A stretch of 64,000 nt of DNA, taken from Geosiphon pyriformis uo1 (Eukaryota > Fungi > Glomeromycota). Below the pieces are notes generated by a model. It saw only the letters and a list, made by a program, of their open reading frames with translations, did not search any database and was not told the DNA's origin. The stretch covers positions 124,001 to 188,000 of the forward strand of contig JAAOMT010000070.1 in NCBI GenBank assembly GCA_016748015.1, written 5' to 3'. The position numbers and the translations under genes were made by a program. Positions within the stretch are counted from its first letter, which is position 1. The number at the start of each line of letters is the position of its first letter. Shown here piece by piece: positions 14,201-26,789 of the stretch.

Positions 14201-14238
14201 TAAAAAAATATCGGGACGAGTTTCACAACCAAACATGA
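8218..14238 (+). CDS. SGS1: RecQ-family DNA helicase, Sgs1/BLM type (helicase, RQC, HRDC). Exons approx. 8218(or 8263)-8288, 8469-8721, 8800-9351, 9427-9476, 9549-11352, 11441-11506, 11591-12070, 12130-12156 continuing at 13893-13928, 14008-14038, 14120-14238
   Basis: MPTGGGKSLCYQLPA, VIDEAHCVSQWGHDFRP, ALTATA, ATIAFGMGIDK, YYQETGRAGRDG; RQC zinc motif CRR...C...CDVC; HRDC-like PYTIFTDTILLKM...IEGVS...EKY. Splice phases are consistent; the start codon is uncertain. Confidence 0.92.
12177..13892 (+). repeat. Apparently exact 1716-bp duplicate of 10441-12156 directly after a 20-N gap (probable assembly artefact)
   Basis: Constant offset of 1736, identical ORF translations in both copies, and the copies meet exactly at N run 12157-12176. 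Confidence 0.9.
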
Positions 14239-14880
14239 GCTTATCCGACACCACTGTAGTTTTACCTTGGTACAATGACGAATTTTAATAGTAACAGATC
14301 ATGTAAATAATAAATAAATAACACATTAACATTTCGGCAACCTCACAGGCTGGTTTAAAAATTTTTTCTATTTAGTAGTATTTGTGTAAATATATAACAC
14401 GTTAATTTGAGATTGACCTTGGATAAAAATTGTGGGCACGCATTCATGTTTACAAATATTACCACCTCAAGCTATTTTTTATTTTATTTTTCCGTTTACT
14501 AGAAACATTATTTCTATAAGGTTTACAATATTAAACATGCAACACTACTAATCTCACAAGTATCCCAACTATTTTAAAATTAGTCGATATTTTCTCTGAA
14601 CCTTAAATGTCAATTATTAAATATATATATATTGTTCTTATCCGAAAGAATCATGCAGTATATACTAGAATAAATTATTTTCTATTTTATACCCCACAAC
14701 GAATCACCTTCACCTTCAACTTCCACTGGACAAATGAGAACACAAATATATGCATTAAAAAGTGAGGGTGAGGATGATGATGATGATGATGATGATGATC
14801 GAGGTGGATTGGGGAAATGATTGATTGAAAAAATTTAGATGCAACATTGTTCAAGTTTTTAGTGCTGTAGGCAGGCATAT

Positions 14881-16656
14881 TTATGAGACAAGAAACAATG
14901 CTGATGAGCCACCGGCTTTTAATAAATCTGAAGGGAATATTCCATTATTGTTTCGATACCAATTACTCTTTACTTTACAATGGGTAAAGGTAAGGAATTT
15001 GTATTGTTCAAAGAATACTTCGGGTAATTCCCAAGCATCAGGATCCATAGGATCTCCATGACATTTTGCTTGATGGATGAAAAGGTCACACAATTGGAAT
15101 AAGTCTAGCCTATCACGATGCTCGATAATACGAGCCCGAAGATGCAAACATGGAATCATATCGATTCTTGGATCATGTGGTTGTGAAAGGAAATAATTTT
15201 GTTGAGGAGATAAAGGATAAGTGACCTTTGGTTGAACACCAAAGATATTGGAAGCGCGAACCAATTGTGCTAATCCAATCAATTGTTGTATAATTCGAGC
15301 TTGATCATCTGATTCAACGATGGTAGTTTGTTTGAGAGTTTTTCCTTGAGGAATGGCGAAATTCGGTGGGTAAGAAATAGGTAGATAATTGAGGGAAAGT
15401 TCTGAATAATCGGTTTGACCGCTCACCGATGAAGTTTCCAAATATTGCGGATTTATCGTTGTAGAAGAAATGTTGGTGTCATCGTTGTTACTTCCTCCAA
15501 CAACAGTCGTATCAATAGCGGCGGGGGTCCCATTATTATTTTGCAATGACTTTGCCACATTATTAATTTGATGTGATGAGATTTGATTTGTAGAGGGAAT
15601 TATTCCAGATTTAATTTCTTGAATGGTAAAATGGTTGCCAAATTCATCACCAATGGTGAAAGTGGTCGGTGGTGAAAGAGAACCTAGGTCGATAGTTGTA
15701 GAGAGCGGTGAACACGCTGGGGACATTATCGTCGAACTATTTGTTGGTGATGGCAAAAAATTCTTTGAGGCATTCAAATTATGATCAGTTGATAATGTTG
15801 CAGCGGCTTCAAGTTCATTCAAAACTTGGTGGTGATTTTCCACGGGGTTAAATGAAATTTGATTATTAGTAGCAACAGCAGCAGCAGCAGGAGTTTGTGA
15901 TGAGATGAGATTATAAATCTGATTTGGATTTGAAACATTTTGACCAGATGCCAAGATTTGTTGAGGAAAGGAACGAGCTGTTGGTAAATTTAAAAATGCA
16001 GAGGCTTTAATCTTTGAGGTAGCCTCATTACTGCCATGAATACTGTTCAAGGCACATTCGTATTCTAGAACCAATTCTTTCCAGAAAGAAATTTCATTTT
16101 GTTGAGATTCACAAACCAAGCGCCAGTTTTGTGTATCCTTTTGATATTTGACAAGTGATTCGTATTGAGTCTCTCGTAAGGATTTGATAGTATTCTCGAG
16201 GTCACGTAAGTGCCTTTCCTTTCGTTCACGAAAAGCTCTTTGAGCAGCCCGATTCTGGGCCTTCCTGAGAGCAGGGGAAGCAGGGTTAGGCTTCCGACCA
16301 GGCTTTTTGCGTTGAGGAGGTTGTGATTGAGTAGAGGATATTTGTTGGTCATTTTGTTGAGTTACAGATTCGACTGTTACAGAGTTGTCGTCAAGGTGGA
16401 AAGGTTCAGAGACAACACTTTCGTCGTCAGATTCCTGGTTAAAAAAGTCGTTACCTTCGTTTGACAATTGAGTATTTTCCGGAGTCATTCTAATATATTT
16501 ATTGTTATGACGTTGTATTTGGTCGTCGTCTTCATTTGTAGAAAAATTGTATTTTCTTTTCAAGTCTTCTTGCTGTTGTTGTTGTTGTTGTCGTTGTTGT
16601 TGCTGTTGCTGTTGCTGCTGTTGCAAGGAAGAGGTGTTAGGAGTTGGAGAAGTCAT
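14881..16656 (-). CDS. AP-1/Yap-like bZIP transcription factor, 591 aa, intronless, with N-terminal polyQ and a C-terminal DUF3425-like domain
   Basis: RKKPGRKP...RKAQNRAAQRAFRERKERHLRDLE is a Yap-type basic region and zipper. C-terminal HDPRIDMIPCLHLRARII...HGDPMDPDAWELPEVFFEQY resembles the fungal DUF3425 pattern. Confidence 0.88.
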   Translation of the reverse strand: MTSPTPNTSSLQQQQQQQQQQRQQQQQQQEDLKRKYNFSTNEDDDQIQRHNNKYIRMTPENTQLSNEGNDFFNQESDDESVVSEPFHLDDNSVTVESVTQQNDQQISSTQSQPPQRKKPGRKPNPASPALRKAQNRAAQRAFRERKERHLRDLENTIKSLRETQYESLVKYQKDTQNWRLVCESQQNEISFWKELVLEYECALNSIHGSNEATSKIKASAFLNLPTARSFPQQILASGQNVSNPNQIYNLISSQTPAAAAVATNNQISFNPVENHHQVLNELEAAATLSTDHNLNASKNFLPSPTNSSTIMSPACSPLSTTIDLGSLSPPTTFTIGDEFGNHFTIQEIKSGIIPSTNQISSHQINNVAKSLQNNNGTPAAIDTTVVGGSNNDDTNISSTTINPQYLETSSVSGQTDYSELSLNYLPISYPPNFAIPQGKTLKQTTIVESDDQARIIQQLIGLAQLVRASNIFGVQPKVTYPLSPQQNYFLSQPHDPRIDMIPCLHLRARIIEHRDRLDLFQLCDLFIHQAKCHGDPMDPDAWELPEVFFEQYKFLTFTHCKVKSNWYRNNNGIFPSDLLKAGGSSALFLVS

Positions 16657-17073
16657 GAATGGTTTTTACGAGTTTTTGCAAAAATAAATCGGGGAAAATA
16701 TGGTTAAAAAAAGTAATAAGAATTTTTAGTTTTGAAAAAAAAAAAAAAAAAGTTTTTTAACAAAACGTTTGCAATTTACAAGAAAGATAAAGTAAAAAAG
16801 CCGTAGACAGCTATGTTTAATATATTTATTGAAAGGGGGGATGCATTAGTCAGGTGATGAATAGTAGATTTGAATGACATAGGTCTGATATAATATGAAA
16901 ATAAAAGTTACTAGAATCAGATGATGTGATGAATAAGTATGATATAATAAATGATCGGATAAAAAGATTTTCCCTTCTAGTAACAATATAAAATGGGAAA
17001 ACTTTTATCATACGGACGAACGACTGGTTATTCCCAGGGTATATAGAAATGGAACGAAGTGGTCACAGTTTGC

Positions 17074-17075
<2 letters not shown>

Positions 17076-17136
<61 letters not shown>
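17076..17136. repeat. Poly(A) homopolymer of about 60 nt
   Basis: Read directly; a similar poly(T) run is at about 20336-20384. Confidence 0.9.
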
Positions 17137-17139
<3 letters not shown>

Positions 17140-18248
17140 TTTGAGTTGACTTGGGGAGTTCGGAGAATAAAATAGAGATATATATAAATAAATTTTTTTA
17201 AAATTAAGTGGCAACATAAAAAAATTTTATTTTTATTTAGTTTGAATGGCGCAGGATGTAAAAATCTCAGCCATATTTCAAAAGTTTTTTGGTATTCATT
17301 TTACTATTATTATTTTAAGAATATGTATATATTTATATATATATATGTATATATTTCGATGGTCGGTTAAAATTTGGGCCGCTGTCAGATATTCATAAAA
17401 AAAATAAAAATAAAAATAAAAATAAAAAAATAAATATAATTAATTTGAAGTTAAAAAATTTGATTTACTGCGAGAGTTATGCAGAAACCTCTCTCATGAG
17501 AAAAATAGAAAATTCCACCCACACACGTTGTTTAGTATTGCTGCATTTGCTGCAGGGACGTAGATGTGAGTAATATGCTAAATTGTGTCATTTATTCTTT
17601 TTGAGATGATGGTGGCTTTTTTTATGATGTCTGTTGTTTCTTTCAGATATTACCATTTGAGTATTATAATTTTTTTTTTTTTTTTTTTTTTTTGTTTAAG
17701 ACGTTGTTGATCAAAAAAAAATATCATCGGGATCGATTTAGCAAAGAAACAGTGATAATCCAGATTTACTTTCAGATCATATTTTCTCACGATGAAATAA
17801 TATTCTTTGTTAACTTTTAACCGAAAACATGTATAATGTTAAAAATCAACTTGAGCAATAAACTTTTATATCATTTTAAATAAATGCCAGATAGACCATA
17901 GAAAGAAGGATTATCAATCAGGTTAGGGAATATTTATAGTAAAATTTTTTTTTGTATACTCTAAAGATTTACAAAGGGGGGAGTGTTCAATTAGACTAAA
18001 TTTTACATATAGGATACATACATAGGTAACATAGATATACATATACATAGGATAAATATAAATAGGATACATATGTAACATAGTTATATACACATGTATA
18101 AACGTATGAGTGTGGGGAGGAGGGGGGGAGGGGAAAAGAGTATAATGATATTTTTAAAGTTTTTTTTTTTTGAATGCAAAGAAGTTCGCCATGCAATCAA
18201 TCAATTAAGGCCGATCAATTGTGTCTCTCATTTGGAAAATGATGTACA

Positions 18249-18306
<58 letters not shown>
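18249..18306. repeat. (AAT)n microsatellite
   Basis: Read directly; further (AAT)n tracts occur near 20005, 20961 and 23420, and (AAATCT)n at 18365-18398. Confidence 0.9.
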
Positions 18307-20003
18307 TAGATAGATAGATCATCAGATTCTATCGGCCGAAGAGAAACTTTAAAAATAAATATGCAAATCTAAATCTAAATCTAAATCTAAATCTAAATGT
18401 ATCACTCTAGTCAAATAATCCTTTGGTTATTTAGAACACGTCATTTGATATTCAACGTGAGTTTCTAGGAAAAAGATTTATGTGTGTGAAAAATTTTCAA
18501 CGTTTATCCTGTAAATGAAACTTTATTTTGTTTATACGATTAAACCTGAAATAACCTCGATCAAAAATTATCCTATTAAAAAAAATAAAATAAAATCTAT
18601 TGATTTTCAATGGTTCTTAAAGAATCTTTCTGGAGAGAGAGAGACTACCAAAAGAATTTCTTGTTAACAAAAAAGATTTTTTGAGTATAGAATTACTACA
18701 ATTACTATTCGAGGTAACAAATAAATATTTATTATTTCCTATCAAACTCTCTATCAAGTGATACGAGGATCGCATGATTTGATGAATTTTGATTTGATGT
18801 GATTGACTTGAATAACATTTGAACTTTTTAAATTTTCTTTGTTCTCAATTCTTAGTGTTGCATCAAATAATAAACTCATGATAACACGTTAAACGAAAGA
18901 ATTTTCCGAAAATACAATGCTACAAAGAAAAAAAAGGAAAACAAAATGCCAAGCTCAAGTTCAAGTTCAATCAGTTTAACCTTAAAAAAAATATATATAT
19001 ATATATTTTTTTTTTGACGCGTGGTGATTTACGTTGCTGTTTAAATTTCATCTCGTGGGGTTTCCCAATTCACCGAGTGGTAGGTAACCATGTTTTACAA
19101 TACAATTTTTTCATGTTTAACATTTACTGCTTGATACAAAAATAGATTTCAAAGAATTTTAAATTTCGGTAAATGTATTTATCCCAGTCTTATGACTTTT
19201 ATTTTGAAAATCTTTTAATCATTCATTCATTCATTCATTAGCCACAACCAAACATTTCGCCACACAAATTGAGTTATTTTTGCTAGAACCTCAGTTCCTA
19301 GTCATTCAAATACGGAAAAAAAAACCCCACCCCCCAAATTAAAATTTAGCCTCTCTTACATTATCCGGAATACAAAACAATGGGAACATGCAAAAAATAC
19401 TAATGCATTCATATGTTACCAAAGTTGCAAATCCTTATCTCCGATGATGTTCAAATTATGATTCTATTTATGATTCTATTTATGATTCTATTTAGGGGCA
19501 TCCTGCAACATCATTAAACGTTGTTCGTCATTTTCTTATTATCACCCCTAAAATAACTAAATGCTGTTACTATTCCTCTTGTTAACAAGATAATTTGGAA
19601 TTAATAAAAGAGAAGATATTTTGCTTTGCTCTTTAGTTAATTACTGCTTAGTTTTTCGGATGGATTATAATCTATATCAATAATAAACAATGTTAAAATA
19701 AACATTGCTACTATTTCCTGCATGATCTTCAGAGAGAGAATCAAAGGCTCCATCAAGCAATCTCCGGAGAAAAATTCCCCGAAAGCCATTTTTCATCTAA
19801 ATCCAATTACAGTCTTACACAATTTCGGCATTTATATATCGCAGATCCTCTGATGTTTTGGATGTTTCCACACCACCAACTAACAAAAAATAAAATAATT
19901 CATGTTTTTAATAATTATAAAAATATTTGATTTAATCCATTTTTTTTTAATTTGATTTATTATAATTAATTTTAAAAAAATAAATAATATATATATAAAA
20001 CTA

Positions 20004-20038
<35 letters not shown>

Positions 20039-20332
20039 AAAAGTCCCACTTATTTTAAATTATTTTAATTGGAATAATTATAATAGTTAGAAAATAATTA
20101 CAGGAATTATTAAAATTGCAATAATTTCAAATTATTTTATTAAAAAGTGTAAATTAAAAAAGGAGAAGATGAACTATTATTAACCTAAAAATAAAAATTA
20201 TATACAATGTTTCACGACTCAAAAAATCTGTCAACAGGCGATCATTTGATCGAATTTCATGATTTTCATAAAGTTAAAAAAAAAAAATAAATGATCTAAT
20301 CATGAATTTCACTGTTACTCTTTTTTCTTTTT

Positions 20333-20387
<55 letters not shown>

Positions 20388-20960
20388 GTACAAAATATTC
20401 ATATTTTGTACCAGATTTTAAATTAATTAATAATTATTAAAGAAAATTAATTCTAAATTCTTTTATAAGAAAGTTAACTAAAACTTTTAAAATATTATAT
20501 AAAAATTAAGAATTATATACTCAATATCTAAATAAAAAGGGAAAAACCTAAATTATATTACCAAGACAAATATTCAGATAAATTTAAAAATAATTTTAAA
20601 ATAAAAATTTTGGAATTACTTTTTTATTAAAATATTCATTTTTTGAATTAAAATTGTGATAATTTAAATCTTATTAATTAGATTTATACTTATTTAGAAA
20701 TAATTAGAATAATTAATTATTAAACAAGTTTTAATTTTTTTTAAATAATAATTAAAAACTGTTAATTTAAAATTAAACCATATTTAATTATATATTTAAA
20801 CAATTATATTATTTATTATTCTAAAAATAATATAATCAAAAATTATTATTGTGTATTATTATATATTATTATATATTTATTATGTTTTTTTTTTGTAATT
20901 TCTTTGGTTTTTTCTATTCAAGTAACAACAAAAATCATACAAAAAACTAATAAATTTAAC

Positions 20961-20992
<32 letters not shown>

Positions 20993-21898
20993 GATTTAAA
21001 ATACAAATTTTATGTTTAAACTTATTATTTTTATAAATAATAATATGTTAAGTAAAAATAATTTTTATTTAATTTTATTTAATAATTTGCTTTATTTATT
21101 TTAATTATTGAATTTGAAATTTTATTTATTTATATAATTACAATCATTTAAAATTTAACAATTTTTATGTTGACAATCAATCATTAATTTGGAAAAATAT
21201 TATGTTCATTTCATGATATCATTATTACTCCCATTAACATTCATTCATCCACACGTCATTGAAATTTATCATCTATCATTTTTCCATCAGCAAAGTCCAT
21301 CACCAATCGTCATTATATTCAACGCGGTAAAGTATAGCCAGCCTGGCAAAACTGAATAACTTGGTTTTATATTTGATTCGTGGTCTTGTTTGGAGAAATA
21401 AATTTTAATCGATGATTGGTTAAACCTTTCATAAAGAAATCCCATCATTAGAAATGATACAAGGCCATTTTTGCGGGTGAAGTGATAGGTCAGATTGGGA
21501 AATAAGTAAGTAAATAAATAAATGAATGAATGAATGAATGGGGATATAGTATTTTTGTGCTAAAGAATTGGGTTGGAAAGGACAGTATCGTTGATGCATA
21601 ATAGATAATATTTGGATATTTGGGACGCTGTCAACGACTACACCATTCATCAAGAGATGATATAGTCTCCGAATATATCGAGCTAATGCGATTGGTATAC
21701 GAATAAGGGATTTTGGAAGATTTTCAAAAGCAAAATATATATATATATATGGCATAAAACTCACCATTTTCAGTAAAAATTTCATCATAGCTATAAACTA
21801 AACAAGAAGTTAGTTTGAATATGTTGTATGTTGAAGAATCGGAGGAACCAATAATAATTATTGGTTCATTGCTCACCGTTCGTTGCCTTTTTTTTTTT

Positions 21899-23243
21899 TT
21901 ATGGAGAAAGAGAGACTCTTCTGAGGCCCTCGGTTATTTCTTCCACTGGACCAATGGTTTCTTTTGATGTCGATTCAGTATCTTCTCGGTCCAATGGAGG
22001 TTCTATGATATCTTCTTCATTGTCCGTAATTTCCATATCATCTAATTCACCGAGAGCATTGGGATTACCATGAGATGTTAAGGCTGCGACGACATCCTTA
22101 ATCGATCCATCTTCTGGATCAATCCTATTGCCATTTAATTCCAACGAATTTAATTCTTTAAGATGATTAGAAATTGCCGTCGCGAGGACAGTAATGGCAT
22201 TTTTATCAATTTCGTTGTACTGAAGATTAAGGGTATGAAGCCTGGGATTGTGGCCTAATAAGAGAGCTTCAGCAATAGAAATACCACCATCCTCCGACAA
22301 CAAACAATCCCCAATGTTCAGAAACTTTAGTTTGGGCCAATGTGTAAGGGCCTCTGAAAAAGCACGAGAACCAGTATCGGTGAAGGTGTTATCTTGTAGA
22401 TCAAGGATCTCAAGATTCTTACAAGCAGCGAGACCTTTAGAAAGTGTAATGATTCCCTCAGGGCGTATACCGTTTTGAGGCATTCTAATCTCGACCAAGG
22501 TACCATGTGCTGCAATTGCATCAGCAAGGGCTTTGCTAGATCCATTCTCAAGACGGTTACGTCCTGCTATAATGGTTTTGAGGGAAGATGGGCGGTTTTC
22601 GGCAGCATTTTTACGAGCCGCTTCATGCAAAGCATTGCCTATTATTATACCACCACGGGGACCTAGGCCCACATTGTTGAGTTTTAGGACTTGAAACCAT
22701 CGGTTATGCTTAAGGAAGTCTACCATGGGTTCAGCGCCAGCCGGTCCAAAAGCATTATCACTAAAGTTGACTTCGACAAGTTTTTCTTTATTAACAAGGG
22801 CATCACAGAAAGCCTTGACAGCAGGTGGCACTTCCCCGCGAAGACGACTTGTGAAGATGTCAGCTGCATTTAAGATCTATGCATAAAAATTAGAACGTAT
22901 TGGTCAATTTTGGTAGGCCAGGAAATTATAAGCACTCTTTTTTGTTGAATTGCCATAACTTTTATTAAGCTCGCAAGTTGCAGTTTAAATAACAAATAGT
23001 AAATAGTAAAAAGTAAAACTTAAAAATAAGTCCACGGCTGACCTTGAGTTCAGTTTTACTTTGCAAAGCATCAGCAATCGCCTGAGAAGCTTCGACTCCA
23101 AAAGTGTTTCCGCTAAGAATCACTTCTTCCAAGTCTTTTGCTTCTTTTATAGTATCAACAAACTCTTGTACGTCAAGAGCAGTCTCCAGTTTTAAACCTT
23201 TGCCTGCAATGCTGAAAACCTTTCTAGAGTTATCTAGCGTCAT
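21899..23243 (-). CDS. RNA1: Ran GTPase-activating protein (LRR); exons 23243-23043 and 22876-21899
   Basis: FSIAGKGLKLET, LSGNTFGVEA, ADIFTSRL (spliced junction), FSDNAFGP, GRNRLENGS, MPQNGIRPEG, LDLQDNTFT and an acidic C-terminal tail. One phase-0 GT-AG intron at 23042-22877. Confidence 0.95.
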
Positions 23244-23414
23244 AATGAACAAATCCGGTCAAAATATTGGGAAAGTGAATAGTGACTCCAAGAATTTGAA
23301 AGTGATAAAAAGATTTTAAACCGAGAATCACTAGCATTTGAATCATAATCTGATTGGTATTTGTCATCTAAAGATAACAGTTGAAATTTAAAATACTGCA
23401 TGTTATTTGTTTTT

Positions 23415-23451
<37 letters not shown>

Positions 23452-24699
23452 TTAATAAATGAGGCCAACTATAATACAACAATATATATGTTTTTAACTT
23501 ATGTACTTTTTACACGTAACTTGTTATTCAAATTGATCAAAACCACATTATACTATGTTAAAATTTTCAAAAACTCTCTTCTCTTTTATTAAACTACATA
23601 CAAAATTCATATTTTTACAAAATCATCTTGCTGTTTTCTGGTTTTTTCTTGTTAAATCTTAGCTTTAAAAATTAAAAATTAACAATTTTTTTATTTTATT
23701 ATTACATAAAAGAAAGATTTTTATCTTATTTATTTTATTATTTTTAAAAAAACATACATTATATTTTATCTTAACAAAACTTTTTATTAAACCAAAAATT
23801 AAATTATATAAATTGATAATTAAACCATGTTTTACTAATTATACAAATTTTTTTTTTGAATTTTATTAAAAAAACTATAATTAGCAAAAATTTAAATAAG
23901 TTTTATAATAGATTTAATTAAAAATAACAACTTTTACAATTAGAATTCCAAAAAATTCAATCTAAATTTAAACTTATTACTATTATTTAAGTAGAAAAAA
24001 GTAAAAAATATTATTATTATTGATTAATCAATTATATATTAATTAAAAAAAATATAATAATATAAATAATAATAATAAACTATTTAATAATTTAAAAAAT
24101 ATATGTAAATATAAATAATATTAACAAAAAAATTTTAATAATTAAAAAATTTAAAGACTTAAAAACTGGTTTTATATTTAATTAAATTTTACTTTTTATT
24201 TTAAATATTTTATATTAAACAAAATATTATTATTATTTTAATTAAATTTTTATTTATTTATTTATTTAATATGTAAAGCTTAATCATTATTTAATATAAT
24301 ATAATTTATTAAATCTTTTAAATTAAATATAATTTATATATTTTTTATATATAATTAAACATATAAGTCCAATTAAAACTAAATTATATTAATTATAAAG
24401 AAAAAATTTATTTTAAATAAATATTTTATGTATATATTCAATTAAAATACTATTATTTTTAATTGTTTTATTTAACTATTTGGCACTATTATTTGTATTA
24501 TTCTTAATTTTAAAAAACTAAAATATTTGAAAAATTATTATTTAAATAAATATTTTTTTATTAATTTTATTATTAAACAAATCTATATTTTTAATATTTT
24601 TAATATTTTTAATATTTTATTTTATTTTTAGTTTATTAATCTTTTTATTTATTCTGCTTAATATTTTATTAAAGGTTATAATATTTTTTTAAATTTTTA

Positions 24700-25250
24700 A
24701 ATACTTATTATTTAATTTAATATATAAGATAAAAAAATTACTAATTAACTTAATAATTAAAATAATTAAAGTTTAATTAATAAAATTAAAACAATTAACT
24801 TGAATTTCAAAAAAATTAACTTAAAACCAATTATAAAATTAATAATAATAATAATAAAAATAACTAAAAACATAACAGCAAAAAAATCAATAAAGCAAAA
24901 GTTTTAATATATAACTTAATATTAATAAAATATAATTCAAAAATCTTGAAATTATTTACAAACTTAAATAAAAATTTTAAAAACATTTTACATTTTATAA
25001 TTAAATAATTTTAATTTTAATACTTAAAATAATATTAACAATTAAAGTTTTTTATTACATATAATATTTTTATAAAGTATTAATTTTAATAAATATAATA
25101 TTTAAATTTATTTTAAACCAAAAATAATAATAATATACAATAATTATTAAACAAAATCAAAAAAATAATAAATAAAACAAATATAATTACAAACTTAAAA
25201 AACCAATTTACTAATTTTAAAAACAGTATAACCAAAATTAATTAATTTAG
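24700..25250. repeat. Fossil AT-rich repeat copy 2, left half (split by element A)
   Basis: 25170-25250 joined to 45601 onward aligns colinearly with about 1840-2000 of copy 1. Confidence 0.55.
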
Positions 25251-26081
25251 TGTTAGAGTAATTTCTTGAGGTCTCAAATCAAATAACAAATCCATAACTT
25301 AGTGCTAAAAGTTATTCACGTGGATATTAATAATCTGAAGATTTCGGTTTGAGTTTTTTGTATAATGGACAGAGATTCACTAGTTGTTTTATCTGTAGCT
25401 TCCCAAAATCACAATTTTGTCAATTCTTCTCTTGGTGTGATGGCTGGCAATCTTCTGGTAAGTATTCCATATCTTCTGTACATGTCCTACCTTCTCGCAA
25501 GAGTTTTTTACCAGGCAATCCTTGACATCAATAATTTAGCACTTTATTCAACCAATTAGTTTATAACAATAAAATAAAAAATAAAAATAAAGAAAAGAAA
25601 TAAAAGAAAATAATAAATAAGCCAAGGCAGTTTTGCAAGTTAGTATCCTGTCAATAACCGTGATCAAGAACTATTGTTCCAGTGTGTTTAAGTATCAATT
25701 ATTATCAACATGAAGTATTGATAGTGAAATTAGGTTTAAGATACCAAATAGTTATTTATTGTGTTTGGAAGATTGTTTAGATGAAATCTAAACTGGGAGG
25801 TCTGTCTTTTTAGCTTCTAATCCTATTGTTATATATACATAATTAAGATTCTTCAATTCCTTAATTCTTCACAACAGGAATCCTGGGATTCCTAGAATCT
25901 TGCAATTCCTTTAAGAGGAATCCTAGAATTCTAAAATCCTGCGATTCCTTGTGAGAATTCTGTAATTTCTAGAATCCTGCAATTTCTGAGAGGAATCCTG
26001 GAATTCTACATTTTACTATGTCTACTTCTGATTGGTTAATAACTATGCTAATATATATTCCCTATATTTCTATGAGTAATA
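25251..26081 (-). repeat. Element A 3' LTR
   Basis: Direct repeat of 44765-45596, preceded on the sense strand by purine tract AAAAAGAGGGAATAA. Confidence 0.93.
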
Positions 26082-26094
26082 TTATTCCCTCTTT

Positions 26095-26724
26095 TTAATA
26101 TTAAGCTCCATCAAAATCTAACTCTGTTAATTTCCCTTTTTGAAGTATTTCCTGAATTTCATTTTCAAGAATTACTTGTGTTATTTAAGTTTGTAATTCT
26201 TCAAATTGAGCATTGGTGATCTTTCCTAATTGATTACTGATAACCGTATCCATTGCTTTGTTAAGTAAGATTTCTGGTCAATCCTGAAATACTGTGTGTA
26301 TTCAATATATGGCTTGGACCTATGTGGATAAGTTGTTCTTTTCCACAAAATGTTCTAATTGTTGTAGTATTCTTATGTCAAATAATTGTTTTGTTTTATC
26401 CATATATAGATTCTGGATATTCACATGTTGTCTTAAGTAAAAATAACAATAGTTTCTTGGAAATTGTTGTATCCACCAATTCCAAGTTTTTTTAGTCAAC
26501 TCTTGGTATAGTGACTCTTTTGTTGACTCTTTTATTGCTAATTTTACTTTCGCAATGATTTTGTCAACAGTATTTTCTGTTTTCTTCTGTGTTCTATGTA
26601 GCAATGTCTTTTTAGTGTCTTGATATCGGATGGTTTGTTGATTAATTGTAATTTCCATCTCTTGGTGTTGAATCAATTGAAAAAATTGTTGTGCTAGTGA
26701 GTAGATGTTGTCTGTAATTTCCAT
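26095..26724 (-). pseudogene. Element A extra 3' ORF of unknown function (between integrase and PPT)
   Basis: MEITDNIYSLAQQFFQLIQ...LGKITNAQFEELQ...FDGA(Q>stop)Y*; homologous by eye to the extra ORFs of B and D. Confidence 0.7.
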
Positions 26725-26789
26725 TTTTCTAATATTTCTTGCTGTATCTACCATGTCTTTATATATTCTTTTGATAGATTAATTTAACA

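Noticed and set aside
16846-16852. TTAGTCA Yap-response-like site upstream of the bZIP gene (autoregulation)
   Set aside because: A single 7-mer in AT-rich DNA is expected by chance.
17008-18309. Short ORFs with poly-F or poly-I runs (also 14687-14878 poly-H and 23407-23592)
   Set aside because: They are translations of homopolymers and microsatellites.
21240-21790. Possible small gene or ncRNA downstream of RNA1 (CpG-retaining patch, ORF 21429-21788)
   Set aside because: No recognisable motif or structure, and the ORF runs through simple repeats; may be UTR or regulatory DNA.
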